From a virus (taxonomy: Duplodnaviria > Caudoviricetes), in the IMG/VR virus record IMGVR_UViG_3300011335_000526, positions 1-41,438 of that record: a DNA stretch of 41,438 bases. One strand, 5' to 3'. The notes below the pieces were generated by a model. That model was not told the origin of the DNA, did no database searches, and saw nothing but the letters and a program-made list of their open reading frames with translations. A program made the position numbers and the translations under genes. Shown in pieces: positions 33,345-41,438 of the stretch; position 1 is the stretch's first letter; each line of letters begins with the position of its first letter.

Positions 33345-34027
33345 TATGCACCGTAGGCGAATTTGAAGATCGGCCGAACTGCGGCAACCGTGATGGACGG
33401 AACGCCAGTTCCTGATGCCTTGGCAACTGCGATATACGGCTGCACGTTTAGGCCAGCCGCAAGTGCCGACATGTCAAACGTGGTATCCTGTGCGACTCGC
33501 TCGCCTTCGATAAAGAAGCGAACGTCTGTCAGCCCCCTTTCAAAGTCGATCTTGAACGTCTTGTAGACTGCCGCCAAAGTTTGGCCGGTCGCCTTGTCGT
33601 CGTTGTCGACTGTGTTGTCGTCGGTTTCAACAACCACGGCAGTCGTTGACGCAGACCCCTGCATTCTGAACCATGCGTTGGTTGCAACGCTGTCAAGAGT
33701 TGCGTTGTGTGCGGATGCCAACCCAAAGACGATTGTCGTCACTGCGTCGACGCCTGCGACCAATGCCACGAACTCGATGTACTTCAGTGTTCGCACATCG
33801 AACGCCAACACGTCGTTGTGGTATAGGACAGCCAGCTGTGCTTCGCTGGTGCTTGTCAAAGTCAGCTTGGCCGCACCGCCGTCAGCAGTAACGCACAAAG
33901 CCGTTGGAGTCGTTCCGGTCAAAACCGCCGTCCAACCGTTCTGGCCTGGCGTTGTCGTAAACGCCTGCGCCCGTGTGAAATGTTCTCCGCCGACAACTGG
34001 CCATTCGACTGTTCCAAGATTGATCAT
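33344..34027 (-). CDS. Putative capsid decoration/auxiliary protein (lectin-like fold)
   Basis: 227 aa beta-rich protein directly after the capsid gene; VRFFIEGERV. Confidence 0.55.
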   Translation of the reverse strand: MINLGTVEWPVVGGEHFTRAQAFTTTPGQNGWTAVLTGTTPTALCVTADGGAAKLTLTSTSEAQLAVLYHNDVLAFDVRTLKYIEFVALVAGVDAVTTIVFGLASAHNATLDSVATNAWFRMQGSASTTAVVVETDDNTVDNDDKATGQTLAAVYKTFKIDFERGLTDVRFFIEGERVAQDTTFDMSALAAGLNVQPYIAVAKASGTGVPSITVAAVRPIFKFAYGA

Positions 34028-34111
34028 CGCTATTCACCTTTCGAGATTGTTTGCCCCTCTCGGGGACTGAGCTATTCGCGGGAAACATTCCCGAACAGTA
34101 ACACCGCCGCA

Positions 34112-34135
34112 AGCCAGCCCTCAAAAGGGCTGGCT
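34112..34135. promoter_or_regulatory. Stem-loop after the capsid gene
   Basis: AGCCAGCCCT-caaa-AGGGCTGGCT; no U tail on the coding strand. Confidence 0.5.
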
Positions 34136-34160
34136 GTTGGCGAACGCAGGACGTGGCTGA

Positions 34161-36365
34161 TTATGCTCCGTCGTGTTTCTGAATGCCGCGATGGTCGAGA
34201 GCCTTGGCGGCTACCGACTGCAGCACGTAGTAAGTGCTTGCCAGAGTATGCTCGTCACGAACTTCGCGGACCTGTGGAGTTTCCTGACCAGCAAGGAACG
34301 TGACCTCGACGGTTTCAACCCGTGTCGGCTCAGCGAACAGATACCAAGCGGTTGTCGATGCGGCGTCGAGCAAAGGCTCAACAACCAACCGAAGCGAGCG
34401 TGTCGCGTTGAACGTGCCAGCCCCGGTCGATGCTGGATCGTAAATCGAATTGATGAGCACTTCTGCTGTCGTTTCGAGTGTGGCCGGAACAACCAAGTAG
34501 GACGGGGTCAGATTTAGAATGTCTGAGGACTCTGCTCCCTCTGGGGTGTTCTCGCCACGCATCAATCGCATCAAAGCTTTCAAAGCTCCAACGGTTGACG
34601 ATGACGGAGCCCCGGCACCGGTTGTCAGATTCTTTCGGAATCGCAGACCGGCCGCAGTTGCAAGAAACAACGCCTGAGCGTCTCGCATTGTTGGGTTGCT
34701 TGTGACCTGTGCCCAAGCGACCGTGTTGACAGTTCGTGCTGCCGCGTCACCCAACTTCATTGGGGTTGATGTCAACGCTGACATGTCGTCGTTGACAATC
34801 AGTTTGTAGCCGAAGTCAATCCCAATGGATCGGCATTCCACCGCGTAGGTCGCTTTGCCGTCTGCCATGCTTGCCATATCTGGACGAACTGAATCATTCC
34901 AGACTGGCAGATTTGGAATGGCCCCCAACTGCATCCGGTGAATGTTTTTGAAGTCGGTCGCCGACTGGCCTTGCTTCATCGGTCCGCGCCATGTGGCAGG
35001 AACTTCCTGATAGCCAATCATCATCGACTTGTTGACGGCGTCCAAAGTCAGGTTGCTGAATGAACCCGTTCCGTGATACGCCGCACCGCCCGGAGCCGCA
35101 CGAATGCCAGCCTTTTCAGGGCCGAACATTGCACAAATTGCAATCTGGTCACGAGTCAAACCAAGCGTCTGAACGCCACGTGAGCGGACATATTCCGTGG
35201 CCATGTCAAACAGTGTCGCATGGCGGAATGTGTCGGCCGCTTTGCTTCGCTGAGCTGATGGGTAATACTTTTCGAGCTTGGCTTCGTCACCATTCAAAGC
35301 GGATCGGCAAGCGGTCAGCGTCAATGCTGAGCGAAGATCGACCTCAAGTCGCTCCGTACCGCTGGAAACGTGGCGAACAGTCACGCCGTAGCCGATGTTT
35401 TCGGTCTGCTTGGCTTTCGCGTCTTTGATGTGTTTTCGCACGGCCGCAATGTCTTCCAGTCCTCGGCAAGCGTCGACTTCGCCGGGCATGTCGGACAGTT
35501 CGCAAAGTTCACGCACATCGACCTCAAAGGCCTTGCGAGTTGCGGCCTGATCGGCGATTGCTTGACGGGTTGCATCAGCAACCAACTTGGCAAGATCTGC
35601 AGCGGTTGGCAGAGTCTGCGTCTGCTGGCTGCGTTCTTCTTTCTTTTCTTCTTTCTTGACTTCGCCAAGCTTAGCGGCGTTGTCGATCAACCATCGCTGA
35701 GCCTGTTCGTCAGTGAGATCTGCTGACATGCCTTTTGACAGCAGCAAAGCGCGGAGTTCTGCGTTCATTGTGAAATCTTCCTGTTCTTCTGAGGACTTGA
35801 AACGGACCTTTGCGGGGTCCAGCCCACGCAACTTTGCCTGATCATCTGCCCCGATCGGAGTCAACGAGACTTCGCGGAGCCGCCACTTCGTTACAACATT
35901 TAACGGGCCTTCGTAGGTCCGATTTCCGATTGTCTTCTTCGCCCCGGCTTCGATGTATTGGCGTTTGAGAACGTCATAGCCGACTGAAACATCGGTGATA
36001 TGACCGTCCCGAACGCCGCCAAGTGCGTCGTCAGATTCTTTGCTTTTGCGGAATACCAGCGTCGCCGTGATCTCGTTCCCGTTGACTTTGATTTCACGAG
36101 CTGAGCCAAGCTGATCTTTGACGGATCGGCGTTGATGTGAGTCGAGAAACGGAACCTGCCGATTAGATGGAAACTCTGCGCCGGATGGCACTAAAACTTC
36201 CGGAACCATTGCCTGCCGACCCCAGTCGGGCATGTCTACCGGCTGCTCGGTGCTGATGACGGCTTCGACACTTCGGCCTTCTTCGTTGAACGTTGCGGCT
36301 CGAACGATTAAAGATCGATAGTTCGTGTCGGCCGCGGCCTGATCTCTCTGGCTGCGTTTACGCAT
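34161..36365 (-). CDS. Fused prohead protease-scaffold-major capsid protein (Mu gpT-like capsid domain)
   Basis: FLDSH, VSVGY, REVSLTPIGAD (protease); coiled coil; DFK, IVNDD, PSYLVVP, AWYLFA, LDHRG (capsid); ATG 36365 preferred. Confidence 0.9.
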   Translation of the reverse strand: MRKRSQRDQAAADTNYRSLIVRAATFNEEGRSVEAVISTEQPVDMPDWGRQAMVPEVLVPSGAEFPSNRQVPFLDSHQRRSVKDQLGSAREIKVNGNEITATLVFRKSKESDDALGGVRDGHITDVSVGYDVLKRQYIEAGAKKTIGNRTYEGPLNVVTKWRLREVSLTPIGADDQAKLRGLDPAKVRFKSSEEQEDFTMNAELRALLLSKGMSADLTDEQAQRWLIDNAAKLGEVKKEEKKEERSQQTQTLPTAADLAKLVADATRQAIADQAATRKAFEVDVRELCELSDMPGEVDACRGLEDIAAVRKHIKDAKAKQTENIGYGVTVRHVSSGTERLEVDLRSALTLTACRSALNGDEAKLEKYYPSAQRSKAADTFRHATLFDMATEYVRSRGVQTLGLTRDQIAICAMFGPEKAGIRAAPGGAAYHGTGSFSNLTLDAVNKSMMIGYQEVPATWRGPMKQGQSATDFKNIHRMQLGAIPNLPVWNDSVRPDMASMADGKATYAVECRSIGIDFGYKLIVNDDMSALTSTPMKLGDAAARTVNTVAWAQVTSNPTMRDAQALFLATAAGLRFRKNLTTGAGAPSSSTVGALKALMRLMRGENTPEGAESSDILNLTPSYLVVPATLETTAEVLINSIYDPASTGAGTFNATRSLRLVVEPLLDAASTTAWYLFAEPTRVETVEVTFLAGQETPQVREVRDEHTLASTYYVLQSVAAKALDHRGIQKHDGA

Positions 36366-38046
36366 CGAGAACTTCCTCCAGTAAATCATCTTCAACGGCA
36401 TCTACTGGCGATTGCTCTTCGCTCGAAGCCGCCATTTGCTGAACGGCCATTTGATCCTGAGCGTCAATGCCCATGATGTTATTGATGACTTCTGTCGGGA
36501 TACCCTTAGCTTCCGCTACTTCGTAAAGCTCAGCGACATCATTCAAAACATCTCGCCAGTTCACATTAATCTTGGCGCATTCCATTTGAAGTGATGAAAG
36601 CCCAGCGTGAATTCGTTCGCTGGCTGCTCTAACGTCGTCCTTCGGATTGATGGAAAGGGCAACCGGGCCTTGCCAGTTGGCTGCTGAGAACATTTCCGGA
36701 TTTGACTGGAACTCTTCAGCCGACACGATGCCATCGAAGTAGCCTTCAAAGACTGCGGTGCGAAGAATCGTTTCCCAAATTGGCTGGCAATAATGGGACG
36801 CAAACCATTCTTGAACGATCTGAATTTCAGGCCAACAATCATTATCTGCGGATCGCTCTGAACTGAATGAGCTGTTGCGGTAGTCGCCGGTGACAGTGCT
36901 GGCTTTCGTGCCTGGCAAAGCTGCCGCCGTGCCTCGCTGAAGATGCTGCACGAACGCTTCCGGGTTCATGTTTGGCTGATTAGGCGAAAGCAACTCGAAC
37001 GAGCCGTCTTTGCCTTTGTTGATCACCATTCCCGGCTGAATCTTATTGATCGTGTTGCCGTCGCTGTCGGTCAGATCAGATCCATCTGCAGAGTTTGAAT
37101 TGTATTCAGTTCCCTGATTCAGCCCGAGCTTGTTGGCTCCAGTCGGCTTGCTGTAGGCTGCAACCATGCACGATGCCATTGCTGAAGCAGTAAGCACGTT
37201 GTATTCAAGATCTTCTGTGCGTCGCGCACGAAGAATTGCAGACGCGAACCACGGTACTCCGCGAACTTCGTCGATGTCTTCTTCAAGATATAGATGCCCA
37301 ATCTTGTCGATTGGTACTCGCGTCGCTGTCGCTGGAGCTGCGGCTGCATCAGAAACCAGGTTATTCTTGACCCAATACGCAACCCGCTCCTCGTTTGCGT
37401 TAAATTCGATTCCGCGAAACAACCGATGCCCTTCCGGCAGTGTGGTTCGCAGGATTTCTGATTCGCTTGCAAGTCGGCACGTATCAACCAACTGGAGGAC
37501 CACCGCAATCGGCAGGTTCCGGCGTAATTGTTCAGCCTGACTGATCGGCTTCATCCTATAAAGCGTATCGCCTGACAAAATCGTTGACCGGAATGCCAAT
37601 CTTTGCTGGCATCCCATCGTCAAACCGCCTTTTCCGGGCAGTCCACGAGCATCAAATCCGCTCTGCAACTGCTCCCACAACTGCATTGCACGCTCGCGAA
37701 ACAGCACATTCGGAGTGCCATCGGCAAACATTGCCAGCGATTCAGGGTGCATTCCCTTGCCGATCACCTTGGCTTCCAAGGATCGGACGATTTTTCTACA
37801 GCTTGGATTGTCTCGGTACAGATCCCACGACTGAGCGCGGAGAAATTCGATTCGGCTTCCAGCAACTTCGTTTTCTTTTTGGACAACTCCGCGAAGTGCG
37901 TTGAGTCGGTTCAGGTTTGCGGCTGCGTACGGGCCTTTGGCAGTGCCCAGCAGTTTATTGACTTGCTGAATCGTCGCCCGTGCTTCAATGCGGCGAAGTT
38001 GTGCAGATGGCGAGAAGATGCCGACGATAGAATCAATGATACTCAT
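36358..38046 (-). CDS. Portal protein, lambda family
   Basis: LRAQSWDLYRDNP, RGVPWFA, VTGDYRNSSFSSER, INPKDD; ATG 38046 preferred. Confidence 0.93.
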   Translation of the reverse strand: MSIIDSIVGIFSPSAQLRRIEARATIQQVNKLLGTAKGPYAAANLNRLNALRGVVQKENEVAGSRIEFLRAQSWDLYRDNPSCRKIVRSLEAKVIGKGMHPESLAMFADGTPNVLFRERAMQLWEQLQSGFDARGLPGKGGLTMGCQQRLAFRSTILSGDTLYRMKPISQAEQLRRNLPIAVVLQLVDTCRLASESEILRTTLPEGHRLFRGIEFNANEERVAYWVKNNLVSDAAAAPATATRVPIDKIGHLYLEEDIDEVRGVPWFASAILRARRTEDLEYNVLTASAMASCMVAAYSKPTGANKLGLNQGTEYNSNSADGSDLTDSDGNTINKIQPGMVINKGKDGSFELLSPNQPNMNPEAFVQHLQRGTAAALPGTKASTVTGDYRNSSFSSERSADNDCWPEIQIVQEWFASHYCQPIWETILRTAVFEGYFDGIVSAEEFQSNPEMFSAANWQGPVALSINPKDDVRAASERIHAGLSSLQMECAKINVNWRDVLNDVAELYEVAEAKGIPTEVINNIMGIDAQDQMAVQQMAASSEEQSPVDAVEDDLLEEVLDA

Positions 38047-38255
38047 AGGCTCGCATCTCCCATCGAAAGGAGAGAGCACATCGAGCCGGTTGAGCCCATT
38101 GCGACTTCGTCCATTAACTCTTTTCGAGTCTGCCGAAGCTGAGCCAGATCCGCCATTCGTTGCCGACGACCGCCCGGACCCTGATATTCTTGCGATGTCA
38201 GAGCCTTCAAGATTGCGGCGTTAGTCGCGTCAAGAAGATCGGAGGCAGTTGTCAT
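38043..38255 (-). CDS. gpW-like head completion protein
   Basis: 70 aa; AILKAL.SQEY..GR....ADLAQLRQ between terminase and portal. Confidence 0.8.
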   Translation of the reverse strand: MTTASDLLDATNAAILKALTSQEYQGPGGRRQRMADLAQLRQTRKELMDEVAMGSTGSMCSLLSMGDASL

Positions 38256-38289
38256 GCTCGCAGTTTGCGAGACTCAATGACAAATGTCC

Positions 38290-38313
38290 TTACCAGTGTT
38301 GCTAGTGTGGCAA
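38290..38313. promoter_or_regulatory. Imperfect palindrome upstream of the head genes (candidate activator site)
   Basis: TTACCA-N12-TGGCAA centred about 46 bp upstream of the gpW ATG. Confidence 0.35.
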
Positions 38314-38318
38314 AAGAA

Positions 38319-38603
38319 TTATCGCTCACCGTCCAGTCTGACAATCCGATGCTCAACCTTGATCACCTCAAGCTTGACTTCGACCGTCCAAGTGTGACCG
38401 CACGGGCCGCAATCGCCCTTCGTGCATTTGTCACACTTGTAATACCGCGTCCGGCCATGTGTTGAATACGCCGTGCCGTAACCGCCGTTGCCACTCCAGC
38501 AAATGGGGCAATGGCGATACTCTTCAATGGTTCGCTGTTGCGGCTTTTCGACTGGCGTTTCCGCAATCTTTTGAACTGGCTTTTCTGGTCTCTGCTTACT
38601 CAT
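38319..38603 (-). CDS. Zinc-ribbon protein (Ogr/Delta-like candidate late activator)
   Basis: CPIC..TRYYKCDKC..CGPCGHTW; ATG 38603 overlapping the end of terL. Confidence 0.65.
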   Translation of the reverse strand: MSKQRPEKPVQKIAETPVEKPQQRTIEEYRHCPICWSGNGGYGTAYSTHGRTRYYKCDKCTKGDCGPCGHTWTVEVKLEVIKVEHRIVRLDGER

Positions 38604-40479
38604 TCCAGTTCCTTCCGTCCGGCCGCTGCGTTCCTGAGTTGACGACTGTTTTTGATTGCGTCCAGACGTTGCTGCGGGGCGGATAGCCTCCGTTTTCGTC
38701 GAGGTAAGCGTGTGCAAGGCAGAGCCCGTATCTAACCGCGTCGCGGTAGTCATTTGGAAGTGATTCGTCTTTTTTGACCCATAACAATTTCGCCTGATTT
38801 CGCCCGTCGACTCTGTCGGTCAGCGTGCCGTTGCACAGTTGCTCAAGGAATTCGAAATCCCCATCGGCACCGGCACAGAGCGACAGTGATTCATCTTCTC
38901 CCGGATCCCGCTCATCAAGCCTCGCCTGAAGATCCGTTTCCCAAAAGTCAGTGTTCACCGTAAACAATGACTGCCCTTTGTACTGGCCAGATTCGACCTC
39001 GGCGACTTTGTAAGGCAGTCCGCCGCTGATGTCGCCGGAACTGCCTTTCAATGGCAGCATTCCATTGTGGGCGTTGCAAAAGTCGTATGTCTTTTTGGTG
39101 TCCCATCCAGAGTCCGCTGCGGCTGCGTGTGGCATCATTGGATTGCCGCCGTCTTGGTGCTGATACGGTGATCGAATGTGCCGATCCCAAACCTCCTCAA
39201 GATGTTGGCAAAGTCCGTAATCAACAACGTGAGCAGCCCGATTGATTCCGTGAGCAAGACACACCCAAAGCCGATACCCGCCGTCTGATCTTTGTTGGTC
39301 GATCGTGACCGTCACTAGCCGCGCCCAGTCTGGCAGTAGTCGTCGCGGAATCTCCGTGCGAAGTTTGATTCCGACCTTTTCCGGGGTGCTCTTACTCTTC
39401 CGAATCGCCCATGTCTCGCCCTTGTAGGAGTTAACAACGTCCTGCAAATCCCTCGGCCGCTTCTGTGCCTGAATCCAAAGCCTTGCGAAGTTTCCCCACG
39501 TCTCGGTTAGTGCGTACCACGATGCCAGCGGGCCAAAGCCGACGACATCGGAACCCTCCTTGAGTGCTTTGCCGTGAATAGTTCCGTCCGGTGTGATCGT
39601 GCAGCCATTCGGAACCCAAACACCGGCGCGAAGCATCACAGTCCGGTGATGGTTCTCAATCTTTTTTTGGCAGAACTTGCAGACGTAGTGAGCGGTCTGC
39701 AGAGCAACGTCAGGATCAGACTTTCCGCTACTATCACGATCCCAGTCGAAGCCGCCCGGAACGCCTTCGACGCCCTGAATCAGCACTTGAAACTCTCCGC
39801 AGTGCGGGCATGGAACGTACCGGCGATGCTGATTGCTTTCCGCCATCTTCTTTTCGATGCGGCTTCGTCCGGCAATCGTCGGCGTCGATTCAAAGATGAT
39901 TTTGTGATCTGGGAAGCCTTTGAACCGATTTACAAATAGCTTCAGCGAGTCACCTTCCTTGCTGGCGGAATCATCCCATTTGTCGATCTCGGAGGCATGG
40001 CCGAAGAACGCCCCCACGTCTGCAAGGCTTGTTTCAGATCCTGACCATCCAACGAAAATCTGGCATGACTCCAGCTTGACGTGCAGCTTGCTTCGACGTG
40101 CCTCTGGCGGAAGCTGTTGGCGAACTCCCTCTGCCGAACTTAGGATCGGGTAAAGCCTTGAGCCGATGACTCGCCCGGCCGCGTCCTTCGTCGGGCCTGC
40201 GAACATCATGTTGCGTGGATTCGTGCCCGCGACCTTTGCCATGAGCGAAAGGCATGTCGTCGTTTTCCCTAGTCGGCTCGCCCACTGCAGAACAATCTGC
40301 CGAATCTTCGGATCGTCAAACGCATCCAGCACGGAGTCGACGTGAGGGAATGCAGCCAAGCTGAACGGCATTCCAGCCGTCTCAGTGCCGACTGGCATCT
40401 GAACGTGCTTAGGCAGCCATTCGCGGGCAGAATATTTTTGATGCGGTCGGAGGAATCGCGTCGCGTTTAGCTTGATCAT
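38596..40479 (-). CDS. terL: Terminase large subunit, lambda gpA family
   Basis: ASRLGKTT, SEIDKW, ESTPT, YVPCPHCGEFQ, TIDQQ, DSG, NDYRD. Confidence 0.95.
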   Translation of the reverse strand: MIKLNATRFLRPHQKYSAREWLPKHVQMPVGTETAGMPFSLAAFPHVDSVLDAFDDPKIRQIVLQWASRLGKTTTCLSLMAKVAGTNPRNMMFAGPTKDAAGRVIGSRLYPILSSAEGVRQQLPPEARRSKLHVKLESCQIFVGWSGSETSLADVGAFFGHASEIDKWDDSASKEGDSLKLFVNRFKGFPDHKIIFESTPTIAGRSRIEKKMAESNQHRRYVPCPHCGEFQVLIQGVEGVPGGFDWDRDSSGKSDPDVALQTAHYVCKFCQKKIENHHRTVMLRAGVWVPNGCTITPDGTIHGKALKEGSDVVGFGPLASWYALTETWGNFARLWIQAQKRPRDLQDVVNSYKGETWAIRKSKSTPEKVGIKLRTEIPRRLLPDWARLVTVTIDQQRSDGGYRLWVCLAHGINRAAHVVDYGLCQHLEEVWDRHIRSPYQHQDGGNPMMPHAAAADSGWDTKKTYDFCNAHNGMLPLKGSSGDISGGLPYKVAEVESGQYKGQSLFTVNTDFWETDLQARLDERDPGEDESLSLCAGADGDFEFLEQLCNGTLTDRVDGRNQAKLLWVKKDESLPNDYRDAVRYGLCLAHAYLDENGGYPPRSNVWTQSKTVVNSGTQRPDGRNWNE

Positions 40480-41069
40480 TCTTTCAATCCCTCCTTTCCG
40501 ATCTCTGCCATCTCAAGCCGTCGATGTGTCGCCGTGAGTAAGTCCCGGCAATGCCTGTCTGTTTCGCTGCGGGTGAAGTCCTTAAGTTCCTGCGGAGCCG
40601 ATGCAGCCAACATTTCCGGCAACTGCATGATTCCTTCCCTGAGTTCAATGAGAGCTGTCGATGCCCACAATTCAACGTCTTGCCTGTCGAGAATCAATCC
40701 CTTCTCGCGATCTAATTCCAACCGCTTCGTCTCAACCTGAATCTGTCCGAGTTCAAAATCCTGCTGTCTCTTCGCCGCCGCCAGATCCGTCTGCTGAATC
40801 CAGTTGCATCGCCATTGAACAATTGACTTGATAGGCCACTTGCCCGGCTCCCCTGGCATCGCTGGTGTCTTGAGTCTCCATGTTCGCACCGTCTGCTCAT
40901 CAAGCCCGAAGAACTCAGCGACTTCCGAAAGCGTTTTGAGGTCGAACCTGTCACGATCCTTGGTCGACTGCTCAATTTCAGCAACCAACTGCATGACCGC
41001 CTCAACGTCTTCAGGAGTCTCTGCCGAGTCGAGCAATTCTTTCAGCGAGTTTTCTTTTTGACTCTGCAA
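40476..41069 (-). CDS. terS: Terminase small subunit, Nu1-like
   Basis: wHTH LSEVAEFFGLDEQTVRTWR..MP, coiled coil, GLILDR..LP..LA. Confidence 0.85.
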   Translation of the reverse strand: MQSQKENSLKELLDSAETPEDVEAVMQLVAEIEQSTKDRDRFDLKTLSEVAEFFGLDEQTVRTWRLKTPAMPGEPGKWPIKSIVQWRCNWIQQTDLAAAKRQQDFELGQIQVETKRLELDREKGLILDRQDVELWASTALIELREGIMQLPEMLAASAPQELKDFTRSETDRHCRDLLTATHRRLEMAEIGKEGLKE

Positions 41070-41385
41070 AGTTGTCCGCCGTTACCGGGCCGAGTTCGTG
41101 GGTATGATGGTGTTCGATTTGTTGGGGGACGCCATCGGCTTCGATCTTCAAGTCCTGCGCGACCATCTGCCGAACTTCAGCAGCAGCATCCAGGGCAAGC
41201 TTGTCATCAGGGTTCGTCAGCGCGATTTTCACGACGCGGTCAGCAATCTTCTGCATCACGCTCGTATCGCTCAGCCAACCCTGTCGCCTTGCCCTGCCTA
41301 CCAGTTGCAAATCCCTCTGGATCACCCGAACTGGCTGATCCTCGCACAGCACGGCCCCTTCCCCGTTCACTGGCTGAAAATCCAT
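41011..41385 (-). CDS. Hypothetical protein, first gene after cos
   Basis: 124 aa, RBS GAGG; C-terminus QQIEHHHTHELG..KRKLAERIARL. Confidence 0.7.
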   Translation of the reverse strand: MDFQPVNGEGAVLCEDQPVRVIQRDLQLVGRARRQGWLSDTSVMQKIADRVVKIALTNPDDKLALDAAAEVRQMVAQDLKIEADGVPQQIEHHHTHELGPVTADNFAESKRKLAERIARLGRDS

Positions 41386-41438
41386 GTTGTTGATCGCCTC
41401 AAAAAATCCTTAGAGACACATTTAGCCCGCAGCGAACC

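Noticed and set aside
741-41393. Numerous plus-strand ORFs in the track (e.g. 3069-3596, 9695-10261, 16123-16725, 24821-25399)
   Set aside because: They are antisense shadows of well-supported minus-strand genes and have no recognisable motifs.
1-41438. Diversity-generating retroelement, retron or tRNA genes
   Set aside because: No reverse transcriptase motif in any ORF, no TR/VR-like repeat pair noticed, and no cloverleaf with a T-loop consensus recognised by eye.

Overview
The window looks like an essentially complete ~41.4 kb tailed dsDNA phage genome, opened at a lambda-like cos site (the first and last 7 nt, GCGAACC, are identical). Almost all genes lie on the minus strand. Read from high to low coordinate, the modules are: packaging (Nu1-like TerS, gpA-like TerL), lambda-type gpW and portal, a fused prohead protease/major capsid, a siphovirus neck and tail, a Cys-rich tail-distal protein followed by a glycosyltransferase-like/2OG-Fe(II) oxygenase/SAM methyltransferase trio, a two-gene plus-strand membrane 'moron', an early operon (Arc-like repressor, CsrA, HNH, Sak4-like ATPase, DUF669-like SSB, SF2 helicase, HNH-AP2 endonuclease, primase-helicase), a probable origin, an accessory region, a lysis-like block built around a papain-like peptidase, and a second block of structural genes with a LamG domain. 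No integrase, CI-type repressor, reverse transcriptase, tRNA or CRISPR array was seen. A Planctomycetota host is inferred, not shown. The most striking unexplained structure is in the accessory region (7243-10554): seven ~21-bp sites (7-bp arm, variable 7-8-bp spacer, inverted 7-bp arm; consensus CAG(C/A)GG(A/T)-N7-(T/A)CC(G/T)CTG) sit at or just beyond the 3' ends of genes and cut the region into mostly single-gene units behind one promoter, like an integron-style cassette array with tyrosine-recombinase-like core sites. Other notable items are an A10 slippery run that would fuse a Cys-rich protein to the glycosyltransferase-like domain, 12 helically phased T-tracts next to cos, and structured non-coding segments upstream of csrA and inside the lysis block. 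All product calls come from motif recognition by eye; no database search was run.
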